Below are positions 1 to 9,756 of a stretch of 64,000 nt of DNA, piece by piece. Both the position numbers and the translations under genes were made by a program. Origin of the DNA: an uncultured Acidobacteriota bacterium (GTDB lineage Bacteria; Acidobacteriota; Thermoanaerobaculia; UBA5066; Gp7-AA6); assembly GCA_963810205.1 (NCBI GenBank), contig CAWEMP010000018.1, forward strand, positions 169,001 to 233,000, in the 5' to 3' direction. The notes beneath the pieces are model-generated. The model had not been told where the DNA came from. It saw nothing but the letters and a program-made list of their open reading frames with translations, and searched no databases. Each line of letters opens with the position of its first letter. Position 1 is the stretch's first letter.

Positions 1-581
1 CGCGCCACCGCGGCCAGGGCGCGGCGCCGCTTCGGATCCCGCACGCCGCGCCAGCGCGTCGCCCCGCCGTAGAGGTCGTCGCCGACGATCGGGTGGCCGT
101 GGGCCGAGAGGTGGACCCGGATCTGGTGCGTGCGGCCGGTCTCGGGGAAGAGCCGCAGGTCGGCGACCGAGGGGAGACGCGCCAGCGTTTCGTAGCGGGT
201 GAGGGCGGCCTTGCCGTCGTGCCGGACCTTCATCTTCCGTCCGTCCTTCGGATCCCGGCCGAGGGGGTCCTCGTAGAGCGCCGCGTGCGGCGTCGGATGG
301 CCCCAGACGAGCGCGCGGTAGGTCTTTCGCGCGCCACGGGACTGGAAAGCCCGCGAGAGCTCCCGGTGCGCCGCGTCGGTCTTCGCGAGAAGGACGACCC
401 CCGAGGTCCCGACGTCGAGCCGGTGGACCAGAAGGAGGGGGCCCGCGGGGTCCTCGCCGCAGGCCTCGAGGAGCCGTGCGACGGCTCTCGCCGCCGACTT
501 CTCCTCCCTCGCCGAGGTCGCCATCGAGACGCCGGGCGGCTTGTCGAGCGCGACGGCGAGCTCGTTCTCGAAGAGCCTCAA
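1..581 (-). CDS. RluA-family pseudouridine synthase (3' end cut by window edge)
   Basis: The minus-strand frame is open from 581 to the window edge, so it has no stop inside the window and is absent from the ORF track. The translation ..LVHRLDVGTSGVVLLAKTDAAHRELSRAF..LFPETGRTHQIRVHLSAHGHPIVGDDLYGG carries the HRLD and GRTHQIR motifs of RluA/RluD-type synthases. The TTG at 581-579 overlaps the stop of the upstream gene (TTGA). Confidence 0.8.
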   Translation of the reverse strand, partial: MRLFENELAVALDKPPGVSMATSAREEKSAARAVARLLEACGEDPAGPLLLVHRLDVGTSGVVLLAKTDAAHRELSRAFQSRGARKTYRALVWGHPTPHAALYEDPLGRDPKDGRKMKVRHDGKAALTRYETLARLPSVADLRLFPETGRTHQIRVHLSAHGHPIVGDDLYGGATRWRGVRDPKRRRALAAVA

Positions 582-1487
582 CGGGCCTGGAACCGGTCGT
601 ACACCATGCGCGAAAGCTCGGCCCCGAGCCGGAAGGTGTCGTTGTCGGCGCTCGCGCGCTTGTCCTTGATCCTCCGCGCGCAGATGGCGATGACGAAACG
701 CGCCTTCGGTCCCTTGACGTACGCGGCGTCGTTGCGGACGTCGCCCTTGAAACCCTTCGCATCCGGGTTCTTCTCCTCGTCCCAGCCGGTCTTGTTGGCG
801 ACGAGGATCTCGTCCGTCTCGAAGGGGAGCGAGCGCGGGATCATGGCCCGGTCCTGCTGGGTCGCGAGCAGCGCGATCATCTCGTCGCAGGCGGAGCGCG
901 AGACGACCTTGCCCTGCGCGATGAGCTCCATCAGCGTCGCGGCCTCGCGCGGCGTCGTCGAGCCGAGGCCGTACTCCTTCTCCTCCTCGGGCAGAACGTC
1001 GGCGTGTCCGTCGCGGAAGGTCGGACGGTAGAGGCGCGTCTTCGTCAGGCCGAGGGAGTCGAGCAGCGCGTCGACGTTCGCCGTGCCGACCATTCCGACG
1101 AGGAGGTTCGTGGCCGTGTTGTCGCTGTACGCGATCATGAACTTCAAGCAGGTCCGAGACCGTGAGCACCGTCCCGTCGTGGAGCATGTTGAGCGGGACC
1201 GTCTCGTCGCCGGCCTTGTCGGAGTCGTGGAGAGTGACCGGCGTGTTCTTGCCGAACTTGCCCGCGGCCATCTGCCGGTAGACCTCGGCCATGACGGCGA
1301 CCTTGATCAGGCTCGCGGTCGGGAAGCGCTGGTCGGCGTTGACCGCGACGATCTCGCCGGTGTCGAGGTTCTTCGCGTAGAGGCCCATCTCGCCGTGGAA
1401 GGCCTTGATCTTCGCGGCGATCTGCGCCTGGAGCGGGCCGGGGGCCGGCGCGGCGACGGCGGCGGCGAGGAATGCGGCGGCGATCAT
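578..1487 (-). pseudogene. class A beta-lactamase-like serine hydrolase, one frameshift near 1150
   Basis: ORF 578..1147 carries YSDNTATN (SDN box) and ANKTGW (KTG box). The N-terminal third is read from ATG 1487 in another frame and includes a signal-like MIAAAFLAAAVAAPA and PTASLIK (S-x-x-K). The two frames meet at ..TVSDLL / KFMIAYSDN.. Confidence 0.7.
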
Positions 1488-1556
1488 CGAGCGCCGATGC
1501 TATCCCGCTCGGCGCGGCGGGATAAGCTCCGCCTCGCCAATTCGAGAGGAAAAGCG

Positions 1557-3104
1557 ATGAAGAGAATGCTCGCGACCTGGCTCCTCGTCTGCGGTCTCGG
1601 CGCGACCGCGCTGCGCCCAGGAGAAGCCCGCGGAGAAGCGCCGCTCCGGACGCCGCGAAGAAGGAGCCGCCGAAGGCCGAGCAGTCGGTCACGCAGCACA
1701 CCGCCGTGATCGGCGGGGCGCCCGTCGCCTTCACGGCGACCGCCGGCACGCTCGTCGTGCAGAACGCCAAGGACGAGCCGTGGGCGAGCATGGGCTACGT
1801 CGCGTACGTCCGGAAGGACGCGGGCCCGGCCGCGCGGCGCCCGATCGCGTTCTGCTACAACGGCGGCCCCGGGCTCCTCGTCGATCTGGCTGCACATGGG
1901 CGCGCTCGGTCCGCGGCGCGTCGTCGTCGCGGACGCCGCCCCGACGCCGCCGCCGCCGTACCAGGTCGTCGACAACGCCTACAGCCTGCTCGACAAGGTC
2001 GACATCGTCCTGATCGATCCGGTCGGCACGGGAGTCAGCAAGCCGCGTCGGCGACTTCAAGAACCAGGACTTCTGGGGCGTCGATCCCGACATCGAGTCG
2101 ATCTCGCGGTTCATCAAGCAGTACGTCTCGGACAACGGCCGCTGGAACTCGCCGAAGTACCTGATCGGCGAGAGCTACGGCACGACGCGCTCGCCCGGCA
2201 TCGTCGACTGGCTGCAGAGCAAGGGCGGCATGTCGTTCAACGGCGTCGTGCTCATCTCGCTCGCGACGGACCTCGGCGCGATCTTCGCCTTGCCGGGCAA
2301 CGACCAGCCGTATCCGCTGATTCTCCCGAGCTACGCGGCGACGGCCTGGTACCACAAGGCGCTGCCGAATCCGCCGAAGGACCTCGAGCCCTGGCTGACG
2401 GAGGTCCGTCGCTTCGCCGCGGGCGACTACGCGGCGGCGCTCGCGGAGGGCGACCGGCTCTCCGACGAGCGTCGCGCCGCGGTCGTCGCAGAAGCTGCAC
2501 GAGTACACCGGGCTCTCGGAGGAGTACCTGCGCCTGGCCGACCTGCGCGTGTCGCGAGAGCGAGTTCACGCAGGAGCTCTTCCGGCAGAAGGGAATCACG
2601 ATCGGCCGGCTCGACTCGCGGTTCGTGGGCCCGACCTTCGACCCGCTCGCCAAGGAGACCGAGAACGACCCGCAGTCGAACTCGATCACCGGAGCGTACA
2701 CGGCCGCGTTTCTCGACTGGTACCACGAGGGATTGAAGTTCGGCGAGGGCAAGTCCTACGTCGTCACCGCCGACGCCTGGCGCACGTGGGACTTCAAGCA
2801 CGCGGTCCCCGGGCTGCCCTTCCCCGCGCCGACGCTGACCAACACGAACATCGACCTCGCGCGCGCGATGGCCTTCAATCCGAGCCTGCGCGTCCTGGTG
2901 CTGAACGGACAGTTCGACCTCGCGACGCCGTTCTTCGCGAGCGAGTACATGATGGCGCACGTCTCCCCGCAGAAGGACGTCAAGGCCCGCATCGAGATGA
3001 AGTACTACCCGGCGGGCCACATGATGTACGTCAACGAGGGCGCGCTCAAGGCGATGAAGGCCGACATGGCCGACTTCGTTTCGCGCACCGTCGCTTCGCG
3101 CTGA
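1557..3104 (+). pseudogene. peptidase S10-like serine carboxypeptidase, about five frameshifts
   Basis: ATG 1557 follows GAGAGGA and opens a signal peptide MKRMLATWLLVCGLGA. The protein has to be pieced from all three frames (ORFs 1706.., 1896..3104, 2230..2736). The pieces give CYNGGPG, LIDPVGTGVS, IGESYGTTR (Ser box) and YYPAGHMMY (His box) in S10 order. Frame changes lie near 1630, 1885, 2045, 2495 and 2555. Confidence 0.7.
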
Positions 3105-3190
3105 CTCGGGTTCTGCGCCCTCCGGGCGCACCGGCTTGCGGCGTCGCGGACGGCGCTCGACCGCAAGCCTGTCCCCTCGCGGCGCCAGTG
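3087..3190 (+). repeat. truncated copy R0 (5' domain only) of the kinase-leader structured repeat
   Basis: It starts ACCGTCGCT like the other copies. It retains hairpin 1 (GCGCCC-TCC-GGGCGC), hairpin 2 (GGCTTGCGG...CCGCAAGCC) and TCGCGGCGC, then diverges. The invariant 3' domain is missing. Its first 18 nt supply the last codons and the stop of the S10 peptidase gene. Confidence 0.7.
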
Positions 3191-3225
3191 CGGCTGAAGG
3201 CCGTAGATCCCGAGCGGAGCGTTTG

Positions 3226-3645
3226 CTACGGTATTGCGACCTGGTACATGAGCGCACCGCCCGAGTAGAAGGGCATGTAGAACGTTCCGGCGCAGTTCAT
3301 GTACGAGCGGCCGTTGACCGACATGCTCGAGCAGCCGACCGGCGGAAGCGTCGTGACGACGGTGCCGACGGCCGGCGCGTAAGCGACGGGCGCGGCGTAA
3401 TAGACCGGTGCCGGGGCGTAGTACGCCGGCTGGGCGGCCGTGGCGACCGCGGCTCCCACCATCGCGCCGGCGACGGCGGCGCCGGCGACCGCTGCTCCGG
3501 AGTAGCCGTGATAGCAGCACGGCGGGTGGTACGCGACGGCGACACCGCCATGGTAGCCGCCTGCGGCGACCCAGGCCCGGGCGGGCGACGACAACGCGAG
3601 GAACATGGCGGCGGCAAGAAACGGCGCGAGGGTTCGAGTCTTCAT
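3226..3645 (-). CDS. hypothetical secreted Gly/Ala/Tyr-rich protein
   Basis: Intact 139-aa ORF with signal peptide MKTRTLAPFLAAAMFLALSSPARA. The body is a low-complexity A/G/Y/P region followed by a Cys-containing C-terminus. No family recognised. Confidence 0.45.
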   Translation of the reverse strand: MKTRTLAPFLAAAMFLALSSPARAWVAAGGYHGGVAVAYHPPCCYHGYSGAAVAGAAVAGAMVGAAVATAAQPAYYAPAPVYYAAPVAYAPAVGTVVTTLPPVGCSSMSVNGRSYMNCAGTFYMPFYSGGALMYQVAIP

Positions 3646-3663
3646 CGTGTGCTCCTGTCCGTC

Positions 3664-4458
3664 CTACTGCTTCACGGTCTTCCAGTCGACCTTCGTCGCG
3701 CCGGCGGGCGGCGTGAAGACGAACCGGTCGGCGGGAACGGTCGCCGAGAGATTCCAGTCGGAAAGCGACGTCACGACCCGCGGAGTCCCCGGGACGTTCT
3801 TGTACGTGACGGCGATCCGGCGGGGAAGCGGCTTTGCGCCGTCCTCGATCCAGACCTGCCAGTCGGCGTCGGGCTCGGAGAAGGCGAGGTGCCGGCAGGC
3901 GATGCCGTCGATGCGGGCCTCTCCCGCGTCGAACGCCGTCGTGACGCCCTCCATCATCTTGGCGTACGGGTCCTTCAGGAGAAACCCCGCGGCCGGAAAC
4001 GCCATCTGGAAGCGGTCCATCAGCATCATCACCGTTTCGTCGATCGTGGGCGGAGCGTCGGTCTGACCGTAGAACGCGCTCTTCGTGGAGTAGATCGCGA
4101 CGGTCTTCCCGTCGTACCAGAGCGACGCATCGTGAAGATCGCCGGTCGTATCGAGGCGAACACGGTTCGGCCGGGTGACCGCGACGGTCGACACGGCGAA
4201 GAAGTCGAGGAGCGGGCCCGTTGACCGAGGGCTGCTCGCGGTCGGACACGGCCTGGAAGGTGAAGCTGCCGGCGCTCTTCAGAAGGTCGCTCATCGCCTT
4301 GAGGCGTTCGAGCGCGGCGGGCTCGAGCGGCGGCGGTGGCACGGGTGTCGCCGCCGGAGCCGGGGCGGACGTCTGCGGCGCGCTGCTGGCAGGGCCCACA
4401 GCAGCAGCGCCGGGGCGGCGGCCCAGACGGCGAGGCGGTTCCGGGATGGGATTCTCAA
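3664..4458 (-). pseudogene. DUF2092-like periplasmic (LolA-fold-like) protein, two frameshifts
   Basis: TTG 4458 lies 6 nt after AGGAGG and opens the signal MRIPSRNRLAVWAAAPALLL. The middle segment (..LERLKAMSDLLKSAGSFTFQAVSDREQPSVNG) and the C-terminal ORF 3664..4194 (..HLAFSEPDADWQVWIEDGAKPLPRRIAVTYK..DWNLS..FVFTPP) are in different frames. The C-terminal motif pattern matches my recollection of the DUF2092 family. Confidence 0.55.
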
Positions 4459-4557
4459 CGTGGCCTCCTGTTCCGGAAGATGCGGGTTCGAGCGGCCTCG
4501 GATTAGATCACAGCGGTTCGTGGGCGAGCCGCCGTTCGTTGTAGGCTCCGCTCAACC

Positions 4558-7235
4558 TTGCCGCTCTCCGCAGGCTCGCGACTCGGCCCTTACGAAATCC
4601 TCGCTCCGATCGGCGCGGGGGGAATGGGCGAGGTCTACAAGGCGAAGGACACGCGGCTCGATCGCACGGTCGCGGTCAAGGTCCTGCCGCAGCACCTCTC
4701 GGCCTCGCCGGAAATGCGCCAGCGCTTCGAGCGGGAGGCGAAGACGATCTCGCAGCTCTCGCATCCCCACATCTGCGCGCTCTACGACGTCGGCAACGAG
4801 GACGGGACCGAGTACCTCGTCATGGAGCTATCTGGAGGGCGAGACGCTGTCGGACCGGCTCGCGAAGGGCTCGCTGCCGCTCTGTCGCAGACGCTGACGT
4901 TACGGCGTCGAGATCGCCGACGCGCTGGACAAGGCGCACCGGCAGGGGATCGTGCACCGGGACCTCAAGCCCGGCAACGTGATGCTGACGAAGACGGGCG
5001 TCAAGCTGCTCGACTTCGGGCTCGCGAAGGCGATGGCACCGTCGGCGTGCCGTCGTCGGGCGCGACGTCGCTGCCGACGGTGATGGGCGCGGCCACGGGC
5101 GACAACCTGACGCAGGAAGGCACGATCCTCGGGACGTTCCAGTACATGGCGCCGGAGCAGCTCGAGGGCCGCGAGGCCGACGGCCGGACGGACATCTTCG
5201 CCTTCGGCTGCGTGCTCTACGAGATGGCGACGGGGCGCAAGGCCTTCTCGGGCTCGTCGCAGGCGTCGCTCATCTCCTCGATCATGAAGGAGGAGCCGGC
5301 GCCGGTGTCCGCGGTGATGCCGACCTCGCCGCCCGCGCTCGACCGTGTCATCCGCAAGGCGCTCTCCAAGGACCCCGAGGACCGGTGGCAGAGCGCCGGG
5401 GACCTCGGCAGCGAGCTGAAGTGGATCGCCGAGGGCGGCTCGGCGAGCGGCATCGCGGCGCCGGTCGTGCCGACGCGCCGCAAGCGCATCGCCTGGCTGC
5501 CGTGGGCGGCGGCGCTCGTCCTCGCCGCCGCGGGCTTCGCCGCCGGCCGCCTGTTCCAGCGCGCACCCGAGGCGGCGGTCCTTCGCGCGTCGATCGATCT
5601 GCCGCCGCAGCTCGATCTCGAGCGCAACAACGCGTCGCTCGCGCTCTCGCCCGACGGGACGACCCTCGCCCTCGCGGCGACCGGCGCCGACGGCCGACGA
5701 CTCGCTCTGGGTCAGGCGGATGGACGGGTTCGGCGTCCAGCCGCTGCCAGGCACCGACGACGCCATGATCCCGTTCTGGTCTCCCGACGGCCGCTCCATC
5801 GGCTTCTTCGCGGAGCGGAAATTGAAGCGGGTGCCGGCCGCCGGCGGCGTCGTGCAGACGATCTGCGAGGCCGCCGACGGCCGCGGGGCGAGCTGGAGCG
5901 TCGACGACGTCATCGTCTTCGCCCCCGCCCCGTTCGGCGGGCTCTGGAAAGTTTCGGCGGCCGGCGGAACGGCGACACCGCTGACCCGAACCGACAAGCC
6001 GGGTGCGACGCACCGCCTGCCCTTCTTCCTTCCGGACGGGAAGCGCCTTCTCTACTTCTCGGGATCCCAGACGTCGGACAAAGACAAGCAGAGCGCCATC
6101 GAGGTCCTCGACCTCGCGACCGGCAAGTCGACCCTCGTCGCCCGGGAGAACAGCGAGGGACGGTACGCCGAGCCCGGGTACCTTCTCTTCGTTCGCGAAG
6201 GCAACCTCATGGCCCAGCCGCTCGATCCTTCGAGCCTGAAGATCACGGGCGGGGCCGTGCCGATCGCCGAGGGCGTCCTGTTCCAGCCGTTTCGCTGGTT
6301 CGGCAACTACACCGTCTCGCGGACGGGGCGGCTCGTCTTTCAGGGCAGCGGTGCGGTGCGCCGGAGCCAGCTCACGTGGTTCGACGTCGACGGGAAGGAG
6401 CTCGGCCGCGTCGGGGAGCCCGCGAACTTCTTCTCCATCGCCCTCTCGCCCGACGCCCGGCGGGCCGCCATCACCTACATCACCGGACAGGCCGGAGCCA
6501 AGCCGGAAGCCTGGCTCTACGACCTCGACCGCGGAGTCGGTGCTCGCTTCTCGTTTGGGGACCAGGGCAGCAACTTTCCCATTTGGTCGCCGGACGGGCG
6601 CGAGATCGCTTTCGGAGATCCGGGCGGCGGCGTCAGCGTCAAGTCGGCCGACGGAACGTCGGCGCCCAGGGTCATCTGGCCCGCAGAGCACGAACGTCTG
6701 GCCTCTCTCGTGGTCTCCCGACGGGAAGCTCGTGCTCCTTCGGATCCAGGACGCCAAGTCGGGCGGCGTCGACCTCTGGGTCCTGCCCCTCGACGGCGAA
6801 AAAAAGCCCCGGATGCTCGTCTCGACCGATCCCGACGAGTTCGTCAACGGCTCGATCTCGCCGGACGGAAAATGGCTGCAGTACATCGCCAACGAATCGG
6901 GACGCCGCGAGGTCTACGTCGTGCCTTTCCCCGGGCTCGGCGAAAAACGGCAGGTCTCGACCGGCGGCGCCATCACGGGCCGCTGGCTCGGGGACCGGGC
7001 CATCCTGTATTCGCAGCCGCCGGACGGCAAGCTCTTCGCCGTGGACCTCGAGGCTCGGGGGACCTCTCTGCAGGTCGGCGCGCCGCGCCCGATCTTCGGG
7101 GGGAAGCCGGCGCCGCGAGGGGCCTTCGACGTGACGCTCGACGGGAAACGGATCCTGTTCGCCGTACCGGTGGAGGACCGCTCCGCCCAGATCCGATTCG
7201 TTTCGGACTGGCGCGCGGAGCTCGCGAAGAAGTAG
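4558..7235 (+). pseudogene. Ser/Thr protein kinase with PD40/TolB-like beta-propeller ectodomain (K1, subfamily I), multiple frameshifts
   Basis: TTG start 4558 ([31 protein letters not shown]). The kinase motifs [20 protein letters not shown] and QYMAPEQ are followed by the TM segment IAWLPWAAALVLAAAGFAAG. PD40-type repeats follow ([39 protein letters not shown]) and the family C-terminus is DWRAELAKK. The pieces lie in three frames (ORFs 4558.., 4175..4897, 5720.., 6351..7235), with at least five frame changes. Confidence 0.85.
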
Positions 7236-7249
7236 GGGCGGGGGCTCAC

Positions 7250-7748
7250 CTAGCTCCAGTCGACCCGAATCGCCGGCGGCTGCATGAGCGTCTGCATGAC
7301 GACGCAGTACTGCTCGGTCTTCTCGGCGAGCGCGCGGAGCTGATCCGGGGTCGCGTCGGGCGCATCGACGGCGACCTTCAGGCGAATCGTCTCGAAGCCG
7401 ACGGGGACCTCCTTCGAGATGCCGAGCGTGCCCGCGAGGTCGAGGTCCCCTTCGACGGACACCGCGATCGACTTCGTCGGGATCCCCATCGCCGACGCGA
7501 CCATCTGGCAGGTCACCTGCGCGCACGCGGCGAGCGCGCCGAGGAGCAGATCGCCCGAGCAGGCGCCCGTTCCCGCGCCGCCCGACGCCCGCGTGGGCCT
7601 GGGCCTCGTAGACCGCGCGGCCGATGTCGACCGAGCAGGCGATCGGCGCGCCGGTCTCGGCGCCCCTCGCAGTGAGCGTGATGCGAGAGGTCGAAGGCTC
7701 CGCGCGGTACTTGTCCTTGAGCGGCTTCTGGAGCGAGCGCAGGTCCAT
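7250..7748 (-). pseudogene. OsmC/Ohr-family peroxiredoxin-like protein, one frameshift near 7580
   Basis: The N-terminus MDLRSLQKPLKDKYRAEPSTSRITLTARGAETG..AHAGVG starts at ATG 7748. The C-terminus GAGTGACSGDLLLGALAACAQVTCQMVA...QYCVVMQTL is in the frame of ORF 7250..7873. The conserved Cys pair context is typical of OsmC. Confidence 0.7.
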
Positions 7749-7787
7749 GCCGGTGCCTCCTGAACTAGTGTATGGCCGGGAGGGAGC

Positions 7788-8238
7788 ATGAACGTCCTGG
7801 CCGTGGTCGAGTGCATCGCCGTGTTTGCGACGGGCCTGCTCGCCGGAATTCTCTTCGGCGACCGAGCGGGCAACTCGTACGCGCGCGGGAAACTGCCGGC
7901 GGCCGCGTTCCTGGCGTTTCAGCGGGAGCAGAACCGCCGGTTCGCCGCGATGATGCCGGTGCCGATCCTGGCCGCCGTCGTCGCAGGCTCCGCTTGGCTC
8001 GTCCTGATGCGCTCGCGCACCGGCTCAGCGGAATTCATGCTCCTCGCGGCGGGTCTGGCGTGCCTGGTCGTCTGGGTCGCGATCACCCGCATCGTGAACA
8101 TCCCGATCAACGGCCGGATCGATGCGGGGGACGGGGCATCGCTCTGGCCGCGCTGGGAGCACGCGCACACGGTGCGCACGGTCTTCGCCGTTCTGGCCTT
8201 CCTGTGCGAGCTCGCGGCGCTCGCCGTCTCCCGGAGCG

Positions 8239-8249
<11 letters not shown>
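7788..8249 (+). CDS. DUF1772-type integral membrane protein
   Basis: Intact 153-aa ORF with four hydrophobic segments. The NIPIN motif context is typical of the DUF1772/anthrone-oxygenase-like family. Confidence 0.55.
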
Positions 8250-9489
<1,240 letters not shown>

Positions 9490-9566
9490 CGACCGTTGAA
9501 TCTACCAGATGCGCCCGTGCCCGGCCGCCTGGCGAAGCTCTATCTTGTATGCTCCCCGCAACTTGG

Positions 9567-9727
9567 ACCGTCGCTTGCGCTTACTCGGGACCTGCGCCCT
9601 TCGGGCGCACCGGCGAGCGACTCGCCCAAAGGGGCTCGATCGCTCGCCTGGTCCCTCGCGGCGCGCTCGCTCCCGCGGCGCGAACCTCCTCCCTCCCTTC
9701 GGTCGGGAGACTATTCGCGCCGCGAAC
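9567..9727 (+). repeat. kinase-leader structured repeat, copy R1
   Basis: Runs from ACCGTCGCT to TTCGCGCCGCGAAC. It has P1 GGGACC/GGTCCC, hairpin 1 GCGCCC-TTC-GGGCGC and hairpin 2 GGCGAGCGA/TCGCTCGCC. The 3' domain is CGCGGCGCGAA-(29 nt with CTCCC/GGGAG hairpin)-TTCGCGCCGCG. It lies 29 nt upstream of the K2 start. Confidence 0.85.
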
Positions 9728-9756
9728 GAAGTAGAGAGTGCCTCGAGGGGGAAGAC

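Noticed and set aside
9673-9727. The 11-bp GC-rich inverted repeat of the 3' domain as a Rho-independent terminator of the upstream gene.
   Set aside because: No T/U tract follows the stem in any copy (the sequence continues AACGAAG..). The loop is 29 nt long. One copy (R1) has no co-oriented upstream gene.
9549-9734. A reading frame through the repeat (..APAARTSSLPSVGRLFAPRT..) is open in five of the six complete copies (a different frame is the open one through R4). In R3 it is even in frame with the K6 start, which suggests a conserved peptide or N-terminal extension.
   Set aside because: Only the part encoded by the invariant 3' domain is conserved. The 5' half of the putative peptide changes completely between copies, because the substitutions are compensatory stem changes. 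Start and stop positions are inconsistent. Open frames are expected by chance at this GC content.
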